64,000 nucleotides of DNA, from positions 19,227,910 to 19,291,909 of the forward strand of contig NC_134031.1 in the NCBI RefSeq assembly GCF_964204645.1. Direction: 5' to 3'. The position numbers and the translations under genes were made by a program. Below, in pieces: positions 16,542 to 28,300 of the stretch. The first letter of the stretch is position 1; each line of letters opens with the position of its first letter. The stretch is from Tubulanus polymorphus. Its lineage: Eukaryota; Animalia; Nemertea. The notes below the pieces were generated by a model. The model saw only the letters and a list, made by a program, of their open reading frames with translations, was not told the DNA's origin and searched no databases.

Positions 16542-19500
16542 CTAAAACAACGAATGATGCGTAGCGTTCATGAATAACGTCGTAAGTAGTAAGACGAATG
16601 TCGATTGACGCATCCTGTGTGCAGACGATGTGGTTTTTTCGATCCAACTGTTCACAGATGCGTGTAATATATCCAGCGACAACGAACCACCTTTCAACAC
16701 TATATTGTGAAAGTCTTTCACATTGAATTTATCTCCTGCAATATGAAATGAAATCATGATGATGGGCACCGTTAATCGAAAATGCAATCTCTATATCATG
16801 GAAATCCAAATTTTTGTAATGAAGATATTTCAGAATTTCGACATGTTTCCAACTTTTTCCGTCGGGCCAGTAATCTCTTATAAAGAAATTCGTGAAATTT
16901 GGATTACATTTATATCAGGCTGCCATGTGGGATTTTTCCCAAGTCTTGGCAACATGTTGTCCAATATTGCACAAAGCCATTTAATGCGAAATTGGGGTAT
17001 TGAAATGAAAAAATATTGATTTTCAACTATTTACCTAGGGCTTGTTCTGCCCGTCTGCGCATTTTGAGTATTTGTAATTCGCCGACTTTGTACGCGCATG
17101 CCTGACCAGGCCACGTGATGTATCGATCGATTTCGACCTCGATCTGGTGTAGGGGGTCTGTAAGTCTATCCGATAGGTAATTGATAGCCTCCTGTCTCGT
17201 CCAACTGTAACAGATTCAAAGATCAACAATCAATTCAAATAAAAATAATCCACGAAGCAGAGATCTGAAAATGTTTAGCATATTTGAATATTCAAATATG
17301 AAAACATAAGATATTCAAATTTGAATAATTTATGTTTTCATATTGATGGGATCAAATTTCAAATTTTAATGAGATTCAATGTATAAATAAAATACATTTA
17401 ACTCCATAGAGATGAATTAAGCAATAAACATGAAATAAGAGAAACTGATAATTCATTTTTTTTCGAGACAATCATGAATTATATACCATCATTTAACCTT
17501 TAGGACACAGTTCCACAGTTGTGAGTTAGAGTTAACTCTGAGTTAAAGTTTGTTCATTTTCAATGAGTTAACTCAGAGTTAAAACTCGGAACTTTTGGAC
17601 TGGGTCCAGGAGAAAATGTGTTAATTGAGTGAATTAAGTTCAATTATCAAGTTTTTCATATGAGTTCAAAATTCTGTTTGTGCACCAGATAACATGGATA
17701 ATGTTCGCGATTAATTGAAAGGTCCAATAAATGTTTTGTACAGAAGAGTAAATTAGAACGTACTTCTTGTAGTGCAAACCGGTGTCAACGACTAAGCGAC
17801 AAGCTCTAAACATTTCAGACACATAGCGACCAAACCTGAAAAAAAAACAGAACGCAAAATACATGTTCTGTACTTGTGAACGGAAAAATATGAGAGAAAT
17901 CACAATTCAGCCAAAGGCCGTTAGGCTAAAGATAGCCATTAGCAGGCAGTACGCGAAATGATAGTCTTTATCCGAAACGTTGCTCAAAATATACCGTCTT
18001 TCATTCAGGACCTTTATTATCTTTGGCTGAATTATTGTGGGATTTCTCTCGTATAGTCATCTAATACTGATATTGCGTAATCTCTTCTAATAAGACTTAT
18101 CAGTGATGAGATATACTCACAATTCGTACGGATATTCGTAAAGACCTAACTCTTTACCTAGATATTCGGCGTAAAGCCCCCATCCCTGCGGAAACAACGT
18201 TCAAAGATGATATAAAAAACTTTGATATGAAATCCTACACTAAGAATGAAAACATCCAATGAGTCCAAAATGTTTTCTTGAGCTAGCAGTTTATTCAACG
18301 TTTCCATTCAAATGATTACTTAAAGATTGTACGTAATTAAACCTGGCTACAATATTGTGGGAATTGTGTAGCGATTTTGTCCACTTACCTCGGTATAGGA
18401 TGTGCCAAACGGGAATTGAAATGGGACGGCGTAATAGTTTCTGTAGTCGACGAATTTTCTGAATTTCGGTAAATCGGCCAGCAACATGACACTGATCTAT
18501 AATCAATTTGAAGGATGTGAAATGGTAATCAGTTTCATATGCATGTTATTTTCAAATTCGTAGTAAATGAATACCTGCATGTGATGTCCGGGATCAGCCT
18601 CGTGAAGACAGAGCGCCAACATGTCAAAAGTCGGCCTAGAAAATGTTTTAAAAAACGATCAATTATCAGCTCAGAATATTGCTTGCGATATGATTACACG
18701 AGGTTAATCATAATAACGTTTACAGAGGAATTCGATACAAGAAAACGTGCATGAAACAATCGAAGATTTGAGAGAAAGTTTTTGAGTATGATTACACAGG
18801 ATCTAGTAATACATGAAGTGGGTTTAGAACAAACATTTAGAAACTGAAAAAAACCAAAATGCACTAAATGCGTAACAACTACAGAAAAACAGTCGTATAA
18901 TTTATTTTAATATGCTGGTATCATCTGCTGCCTGTAACCATGATCCCCTCATAAAAATCATCATTTGATGGGCAAACCCTAGGTCATGACAATCTGACTT
19001 TCCATGTATGTTGATTGATCGCTATGTCAATGAGTCAGCAATTCATTTTCATATGAAATGTAAAAGATCAGTTTTTGTAGATGGCTGTAGTCAGTCGATT
19101 ATGTGAGAGAGTCTGGGTACAATGCAACAGATTGATATCTGCAGCAATTATCGATTCGATATTTCTAGAGTTAAATCATTCGAGAGAAGATCCGGATGAA
19201 ATTCGGGCAGTTTTATCTTTTCCGAACAACACGGTTTAGTAGTATACCTTTTATCGGGTTGAAATACGTTCGCTACGAATACGCCTGGTACCTTCCCATC
19301 TGCGGATACGTCATAATACATTCCACCGGGTTCATCTGGTGATTCGGATGCTTTGACACTGTTGCCCGATATTCATCAATATATACAATAGATATACACA
19401 GTAAACAAACGATTAGTATTTCAGATGAATCAGTCTCAATCCGTTACAGGGATCGAGAGTAGAAGATAACTTTAGCAGCAATCATCCGCAGAACGAAGGG

Positions 19501-22500
19501 GAGGAAGACACGAAAAGTTTTTATTAGAATGTGTTCATGTTTGGTAGACAAATTCCAACTAGTTTTGAGCCAGAAGATTTTGTAAGTAAACTTTTTAGGT
19601 CTTGGCCCCACATCGAGAAAAGATATTCAAAAATTGGCTAGGAAGATACTAATCATAAGCAATAACCTTGCGTAATGGTGGAATATGTATTTCCGGTTAT
19701 TGTGCGCGCAACCCCCCCTGGCCAACGCCTTGTTAGTGGTCAAACAATCGAACGATAAGCGATACGGCGTTCGCTTAGAGTTCTGTGGTCAAACGCATCA
19801 TCTTATGGCAAGCGTCCAATACTGACGGGTAAACAAACGAACTATTTTATAGGGGGATAGTTAGGAAAACCTAAGGAAAGAAAATAACGTGCGGTTAAAA
19901 AGACTCAAACAATGATGTTACAGATGATACAACATAAACGGATACAAGAAACTATTAACATACGTAATATAGCATCAACACATCACATGCATTGCTTACT
20001 ACATGTAATACCTTTTATGGGGGTCATGAGTATTGATCAATAAATGGGACCGAATTTTGCCATCTGCCGAACCGCGCATGTACATGGCTAACGGGGCATT
20101 CTTGTCACCTGATGTTATACTGTATAAAAGTATTTATGCATTTATATATTCAACGTTTTTCTGTCGACAAAAACTGGTAATCTCCTGGGTCCAGTTCCAC
20201 AGTACCGAGTTTAGATGTAATAACTCTGAGTTAACTCATTGATAATGAACTAACTTTAACTCGGAGTTAACTCTTACTCACAACTGTGGAACTGGGTCCT
20301 GGGATTTAGTTTCAAAATCGAAGTCAAAGCGGAATTTAAAACACGTGACGCTTAAGTTTGGCCAGGCGTCAATATCATTTATGCTCAAATCATCTTATTC
20401 ATATTACTTACATCAATGGTAAATTCGGAATATCTTCTTTATGGAAAACCTTCGGCAATGTTTGTTTTGTTCGGTTGAAAATGATGTTTCTGTATTCGTT
20501 CAAAAGATCTTCCTAAAATGATAGTGGCTATAAACACACCGTGGATTCTGACAATGTATCACATATTTTCTTACTCCAATTCATCGTGATAACGACCTAA
20601 CCCTGCTCCGAGACTGCCCCGGAATTTGTGACCTTTGAAGAGAATTTGTTGGTCTCGGGAATTCAAGGCAAGCAGTCTACCGCATACAATTCTAGTTAAA
20701 AGCTCAATCTTCATTGGTGAATTATTTTACCTTCGTTTTCAGAAAGAATCGAGGCTGTTCCTTTAAATGGTTGATGAATTCTTTGATAGTTCCCTTGAAC
20801 TGAACGCCTTCCATGATCTTGAAAATAAAAGCAGAAAGCACAAAGTTCCCCAATGGTTGGGATATGTCAAAAGGGACCCCGATTTTTTTGAATCTTCCTA
20901 TGCAAATGGTTATTTCTTTGTTTGTATGTTTTTGCTTCGCCTCGTTTGGACCTCAATTCTCGAAGTCTAACTCTAAAGGATTGTGTATATTCAACCTAAG
21001 GCTCTACGGCCTTTGAAGTGTTGCCCGCACCAGGACTCGAACCCACTTGTCACTCAGCATTGATAAAGATTGATAGCATCACACCCTATCACACTCATTG
21101 AGCTACCGGGGTCGCTTTTTTATACATCTGAAATTGTCCCTTTTCCCTGGGATACGTTGACTAGAGGTGTTCAACCAGATTCAGAATAATCCCCTTGGAT
21201 TTCACTCGCGTATCGACGACAACGATAAAAATGAACTGTGATGGCGGAAGCGCACACTTCAACATTAGTCCCATATCACTAATGCCTTCGAAAAGAGAAG
21301 AGAACCATTAGGACTGATTTTCTGTGATCTTCTTAACGAATTCACGCCGGCGTTTCTTTTTCTGAGAAATATCTATCAACGTAAATGCTTCGGCAGAATC
21401 GCGCCGTCAGATTAATTCCGACGGCACCTGTGTCCATGCGTTGTGCCATACTACCCGGCACGCTCGTCTCCATACAACATACGAACTAAACTTAATCCCG
21501 CGCGGATAAAACGGCCAAATGAAACAGCCATTTCAGCCGCGACAGGAGATTTTGTATCGTGTTTGACAAGCGCAAGCACGTGATTGAATTCGACCAATAG
21601 GAGCGAGCAGCGGTGAGAGGAGCGCAGAATCATAGAGGTTTTACAGCCATGTTTTTCGATTTGACTACGTCATATTGGTTGGATAAAGTGATTCACATCA
21701 CAGACTCTCTGTTCGTATATATCTAGGATCCAGTTCCAAAATTGGGTTCACATTCGACTCTAAAGTTAAAAACATTGAAAATGAACAAATCCTAACCCAA
21801 AGTTAACGACTGTGACACTAGATCCTGATTATCTTGTTATGAACGGCAAGTGTCCAGCACAGGTTGGTAAACGAACGATGACGTCACACGCTAGCAGACG
21901 ACATGGAGGATCGAATGATTGCATTGAACTAGAAAATGGCGACGAAACTTCAATCGATAAACATGATCTAATCAAATAATTAAATTAGCGCAGTTATAGA
22001 TCACGCTGTTGCATATGTACCTTGTGCATCTCTGCTGCAATACGGGCGACCTCAGAATGTCCCAGTTCGTGTACTTTATCGGGAGTCATATCCGTAGAGA
22101 GGTGCCATTTCAATGCGGCCTCGTAATATTCAGCGCCCCCTGGTAGGCTCGACACGCCGTATCCGTTCCGTGTGTTTGACAAATATTTCTAGAAAAATGG
22201 AGTACAATTGAGTCGTTACTGTACTGAGTTTCTTAGTTTTTCTTGATAATTGTGGGTTTCTTCTTCAATTTAATCATAGACAATCACTTTTCATAGACCA
22301 AGATCATGTCTATGGGAACCAGTATTTTGCAGATAGCTATTAATGATAGGATGTTAAAAGCTCGATGAACTAAACGGTTACATACACACCTGACTGATGT
22401 ATTCTGAAAGGTTTCTAAAAGCTCCGTAGATTTCATTTCGAATTATTCCCTTAGCCTTCATTCGTAACTGTTCCCTAATGCAAAAAGAAGGTTTTGTACT

Positions 22501-25339
22501 TTTGCGTTATGTCTGTTGTAAAACCTTTTTCATAAAAAGATATGATCATTTCGGAATCAAGATTAACCCTGTAGTGAGGACATACTTGTATGTACTGTTA
22601 ACCATCGTTAACGCATCCAGCGTTTTATTAAACGGGGTGTAGAGATAGAAACTGGTCGGCTGAATGGCCAAAATCTTCTGGATTTGTCCCGGAACCAGTT
22701 TCTGAAAAAAGAACCGTATGCAATAATTGCGTTCAGAAAATCAGATTACAATTCGTCAAAAACCTACTGTGATTATTTCTAAAAAATAACAAACTTTTAT
22801 CACTAGTTTTCCGGTTAAGGATTGATATTTAACCCTCAAAAAGATATTTGAAACCACTGATACAATGTTGATTGATTCACAGTCGAAATTGCACGGCGAG
22901 GAACTAGGTCATCCAATGCATCAACGTCAAATAAATCTATCAATTACTCACAATTGAAACAGCGTGCATTGTCTTTTTAACTTTAACGGCTTCTTCGAGC
23001 AAGTCTTGCGTTTCTTTTATCTAGAATATGTACGTTAAAAGTTATTTTTATGAATTTGGATTCGAACCGCAACGTGGCGGTTTAGTCGGATCCGGAAGCG
23101 TTGCATTGCGCCATCTTGTAACACGCCTGTTTACCTGTTGCGCGATCGCGGACATTCTTTTCAAAAACGTGAGAAAATCGTTCACCGTGTTAAAAGGTGT
23201 AAGAGACAATAGTGAATTGTGCCCCTTTTGTGGTCCCTCTAAAAAGTTGATGGCGTTGTAGGTGAACCTGCAAAATATACACAAAGAGATAGGTATAGAT
23301 TTAAGATTTCCTCGGTGTGGGAAAATGATAATTCCTAACGCTGACTTACTCTTTATATTTGTGACCCTGCGTGTACGTTAACAGTGTGTTCTGAAGCACT
23401 TCGTAGTTCATTTTATCTTTAGGCGCCAATAAATTGGGATCAATTGATTTAATATCCCGTAAAAATGCATCAATTTCCAACTGTATCAAAACAAAAAGAT
23501 CTGAAAAACTATTTTGATAAAATCAAGTCCCCAATTCGCGTATTTCCATGAAGATCTTAGGCAATTTTTATATTTTTCAAGAACTGTAGACTAGACAAGT
23601 TGACATTTAGGATAATATTACGTATACGAGCTTAAAAGATTTATTTTTTGTTTGATGATGTAAAGTAAAGGGCTACCTTCCTTCGATCGAATGTTGCCAA
23701 AGTCAATGACTCAACTCGATCATTGAATTCATGCTCGCCAATACCAGTAGCGAATAACGGGTACTCTTTTATTCTCCATTGCCAGAACCGTTCAATCAAT
23801 TCGTCCACTGCTTGTTTAGCGCTATCTGAAATATCACCATCATGTTCTATTTCAAGATAAAAATTCTGGGAGACAATTTTAGATAAAATCACCCACGTTG
23901 CTGGCGGCGTTCGAGAGCGCTGATGGAAAAAGCGAATCGAAGCCTGTTGAACAAACAATAATTTAAAAAGTGTTCGTAAAACGTTGTTTCAAGTCGGAGC
24001 CTCCCCCGACAAGAACTTCCGAGAATCTGTCTCCTGGTAATGTAGAGATCGGAGACTCATCGGTAATCGAATAGAATCGCCTCTAATGGAACGGATTCAG
24101 GATGAGTGATATTTTGTAATTTTTTCCCCTGGTGAATGTTTTGCCTTATCGGATTAAAAGTATGAAGTATGGGCCTAAAAGCCGGCGCTTTGATCATCGA
24201 CGGTGCATCCGTTATTCGCTTCTGTAACGTCGGATTGACAAGACGCGGAAGTGAAAGTAACGACCGAAGCGCACGCGCGTTGACATGGCCACCATGTCGT
24301 GACGTGACCGACCGGATGCGTGTACGACAGCTTTCAGAATAAAACAATTACGAACGGAGTTGTATTGACACTTGGTGCTGTTTATCCGTGGCGCGCGATT
24401 GAAAGGATGTTCATCTATTTTCGATGCGATGCGAAATAAATCTTCGGAGATTCGATTACAACACGCGAGAGTGGATAAATCAACTACACTTTCCTCGTGC
24501 ATACAACCGACCGACTAAATTATGAATAATATTTCCCCCGAAGCTTTATTGTCACACGTCGCCGCCTGCTGAAATTTATAACCGACAAACGCTTCAAAGT
24601 AACGAAATGATAAGCCACGAAATTGCCGAAATGCGGCACGGAATGAACTAACCTATATGAGGTCGTGGAAACGGTTCAAATAACCATGTTACATTACTAA
24701 ATATCGTTGATTTAAACTCTCGAAAACAAGAATTCAGAGTACAGTTTTACGAGAAATTTAACCTCAAAATTTTGGTTCAATTGTTACTGGTTACTTCATG
24801 TTTTCATTAAGGACAGCCATTCAAACTTAACCATTTAGGCTAAGACCTTTTCATGAAACTGGACCCTGAGCAGATATTCTTCATTACAAATCTATTCCAT
24901 TTTTGTTTATGGTTTCTGGACGGTATTGAATGCTGGCGTACCTCGGGGAAAACGTTAAAAAGGCGACGATACGTTGAACGAATGAAATGAAGAAAGAAAT
25001 TTGTTTTAAAAATTAATCGTTACAAATTAAGAAGTGCCTTATTTAAGTATAGACAATAGACTGACAAGCATCTTATATCTAAGGAATTAGTTTCACAAAA
25101 AGGATTTACTCTTTACAATGGATTTGATATCGATTGAATAAATGAAGAAATTGAGTCAAAACATTGAATCAACTAAACTTTTTTCATCGAAATTCGCGTG
25201 ATCCCGATAGTGTAAAGCGCTAGCGATTCCCCGCGGAGTCACTGAGAAATAAACTTCAATATTTACCTGCTGCGGTTGAGATGGTAACTGCTGTACACAT
25301 CACACACAAAATAAACACGGCCATTTTTTTCGGAAACAT
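16542..25339 (-). CDS. DUF885-family putative zinc metallopeptidase, signal peptide plus GPI-like C-terminus (~630 aa, 17 coding exons per isoform)
   Basis: Phase-consistent exons: 25339-25267 (MFPKKMAVFILCVMCTAVTISTAA), 23825-23677, 23480-23350, 23267-23135, 23020-22952, 22701-22586, 22474-22390, 22188-22021, 20817-20731, 20512-20412, [20119-20012 or 19358-19248], 18635-18575, 18496-18389, 18185-18121, 17835-17764, 17204-17035, 16735-16542. DUF885 motifs: LPGGAEYY, TPDKVHELGHSEVARI, LHEADPGHHMQ, YTEGWGLYAEYLG, RACRLVVDTGLH, EIDRYITWPGQACAYKVG, FNVKDFHNIVLKGG. The exact exon 2 acceptor is uncertain. Confidence 0.92.
17502..17609. mobile_element. ~110-bp palindromic MITE, family A (TIR GGACCCAGTTCCACAG)
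   Basis: Terminal inverted repeats and internal GAGTTAACTC palindromes. Related copies at ~20185-20301, 21724-21827, 54409-54533, 55305-55390 and 58752-58840. Confidence 0.75.
19248..19358 (-). CDS. DUF885 gene alternative exon 11B
   Basis: caacag| ... |gtatac, phase 2-2, 111 nt, encodes VKASESPDEPGGMYYDVSADGKVPGVFVANVFQPDKR. Closer to the DUF885 consensus (Y..S.DG.RPG.F..N). Confidence 0.85.
20012..20119 (-). CDS. DUF885 gene alternative exon 11A
   Basis: ttttatacag| ... |gtatta, phase 2-2, 108 nt, encodes ITSGDKNAPLAMYMRGSADGKIRSHLLINTHDPHKR. Homologous to exon 11B. Confidence 0.75.
20185..20301. mobile_element. MITE family A copy
   Basis: CTGGGTCCAGTTCCACAG...CTGTGGAACTGGGTCCTG; opposite orientation to the 17502 copy. 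Confidence 0.75.
21022..21113 (-). mobile_element. tRNA-derived SINE head or tRNA pseudogene
   Basis: Minus strand GACCCCGGTAGCTCAATG (A box) ... GTGGGTTCGAGTCCTGGTGCGGGCA (B box). The anticodon arm does not form a canonical cloverleaf. Confidence 0.55.
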
Positions 25340-28300
25340 CTTTGACTGACAAAATAAAACAATATATAACTGTAGAAAGAAGAGAAGGCGTTCGGTGAAA
25401 TATTGTACAACATGTTCATAGTGTTTACATAGTTAGAACTTGACTGAAGTTTGACAAGACGTGGCTTCGTTTGGAGTCGTGGAACAGAAAACAATAAATA
25501 GTTGAGAAGTTACTCATAACAGCGGCGGGTATATTGAAATATGTACTAAGCAGTTATTTTTGAATGATAAGGGTGAGGATAACAAGACCCCTTTATTTGA
25601 ACGGTTATCAAACATAAAACGTATCATATTATCCTATCCTCTTACACATGAAAATAACTGAAGCTAGGTTTATAGACTAAGTATTGGCATAGGTTGCGTA
25701 TAGGGGTCCTGTTCATTACATATCAATACCTGCGACATCCCAGTATATGAGATGATAGTTTCAAAAATCAAAAATATATAATATCCACGGATAAGAGCCT
25801 ATACTACCTAACCTTACACGTTAGTGGAGTAGACGTTGATTCAAATTGGAGAACGTTACGATGGTTGCATTCATATTTAAGTCAATCGTTGTTGTTTTTG
25901 TACTTACCCTTCCCGGGACGCGTATATTGTACGAATCACAGGTCAATTTACAATCTAAACCTATCCGTAGACATTGGCGTCGCTATCTTACGGTGAAACC
26001 CGATACTTAGATTTATATGAACAGCTCTTTGTCTCTCGATGTCACGATGTAGATAACTTTACAGACACATATATATGTACATACAGGTACAAGTCGCTCG
26101 TGACGATAACATTAAGTATTTACATTGGCTTCGAAATGTCGTATCGATAACCAGGGATATTTTGATGTTAAACTGTGGGTTATTCAGTGGTTAAAAAAAC
26201 ACGGGTTCTCCGGGGTTAAAGATAGCACACATAGGTACGTTAACTATATATGGCGATATACATTTCACTACGTTATGAATTATCGTTAGTATAATTACAT
26301 TTTTGACCTCGGTCGTTTCTGGGTTACTCGAACATCATCTGAATTTATATATATACGCAAATTTGTCCAGATATACATGTATATACATATATACTAAACA
26401 CTAACATGCATCATCCATTCATGAAACACTCCGAGTCCGCGTCGAAGGATAATACGAAAATCCAAGACTAAGTGTGAAAAAAGGGAGTCGTCATCTTCAG
26501 AAATGCTGCGGTAGAAGGATCTATTCGAAATGCGAATAGAAATTTGCTCGAGGAAACATTTCGAACTGGTTTTTTTTAGTATATTCTTAGTATAGGATTT
26601 CATATAACCAAACTACAGGTTTTCAGACTGATTTTTTTTCCATACAAACACGTGTCATTAATCCACGTCAAATAGATCTTTTGTTCGTAGACGTTTCGTT
26701 TTCTAAAATGACGTAATCTATAGTGATACATAACGCATATCTAGGACACATGTAGATGCAGTGTTTTGACGGCGGTGTCATTAAAACGTTCACACAGTCA
26801 CCGATAGGGGTCTCTGTTTATTTTCCTTTCTCGCAATAGAACGGTTGAAATATTACATCAGCCCACTTTCAATTATTAACACCCCATCAATCATTCCTAA
26901 TCATTTTTTTCCAGTATCAATTCCAATAACGAACATTAAATATTTAACAATAATCAAGACCTCCGCGCAGAAATCGGTTCAATAAGAAGATGTTTGACGA
27001 ATAGGAAATACGCGCTTTCTTAACGTGCGCGTTGTTGCGCCCTGCCGTGCACAGCAACTTGTGATAAGTCAAATCGCTCCTTATTAATTAACACGGAATG
27101 AGCTAATATTCAATACCCTACTAATACTATACAGATATCGGGTGAGATGATATGGTTTCTAGGTCTGGAAATATTTCATCTGTCACGGGAGTTGGCCAGA
27201 TACGTGATCAGGCTGTTAAACGTGGCTATACCCCTCTGGCTAACTACTCACGTATGCGAAGAGGTTGTCAGGATTACACACCACTATATCGTCTTAAGCT
27301 AATTGGAAAATTGGTTGCCATTTCTTGCCGATAAACGAATAGTCGCAACATCCCAGGCTATACTGCAATAGATACCGTTTTCGCGTGACTGACGCCGTTT
27401 TAACGGCCAACCCCGAAGGGGTTTGAATGACCGATTCAAGAAATATACAAATGACTAGAGTATTTTTTGTTGTTATTCACGCTGCATGAGTCCAACACTG
27501 GCGGTAAAACAAACTATAACATCACGTATGTAATCTCTAGTGGTTCCACTTTCACGCGGTCGTTGAGAGTAAAATTCCACTAAATTTGTAAATGAACAAC
27601 ATTTGAAACAGATTTCGGTGTGATACTGGTCCCAGTGGGTCACTAAGGGCTAGGATATAGTTCCACAGTTTCGGGTTGACTGTGGAGTTGGATTTATCAA
27701 TTTTCGACTATAACAACCAAAAACTGCGTGGAACTCATAGACCCTATTTAAACGATGATTGAGTTACCACTTAAAGTTGTTAAGTCTTAAACTGTTTTTA
27801 TGCTGCATCTTTAGTTTGTATCCTTTTACTTGCCTTCCTAAAGATGGCAGGATAAAATCGAATCGTCGAATCAAGCGTTAGCTCAAGGAAACATTTTCCC
27901 ACTCATTTTAGTCTAAGCGTGAGATTGTATATTATCGTTAGTATAACACGGCCAGAGTGTTTCATCATTGGTTATTACCACCGTCACACTTCGACTCATT
28001 TGAATTATTTTAGCATTTTTGATTATTGCGCAACGAAATTGCTACGAATCCGAAATTTGAGCAATTTGTTCTGTTTCTGCCACGGGTTTCACACGGCATT
28101 CGCGATGGAGGTTCGGATGACTCTGTCACATCTGAGAAATTCTTTCCTTCGACGAAAATTGCAGCAACGGAATAATGATCGTGTCCCTAATTTCAGAGCC
28201 TAGAAATCGACTTAACAAGCAGCGTTACAAAGAACCTGTCGAACAAGACAGATTGGTCTAAAATACCAAGTAGTAAGGACTAATTTATACAGAGAAATTG

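Noticed and set aside
20578-20636. Possible second duplicated DUF885 exon (HKFRGSL...)
   Set aside because: The open frame has incompatible phases, and the phase-0 frame required here contains a stop.
21022-21113. Functional tRNA gene
   Set aside because: A and B boxes are present, but the acceptor and anticodon stems are not canonical; treated as SINE-like.
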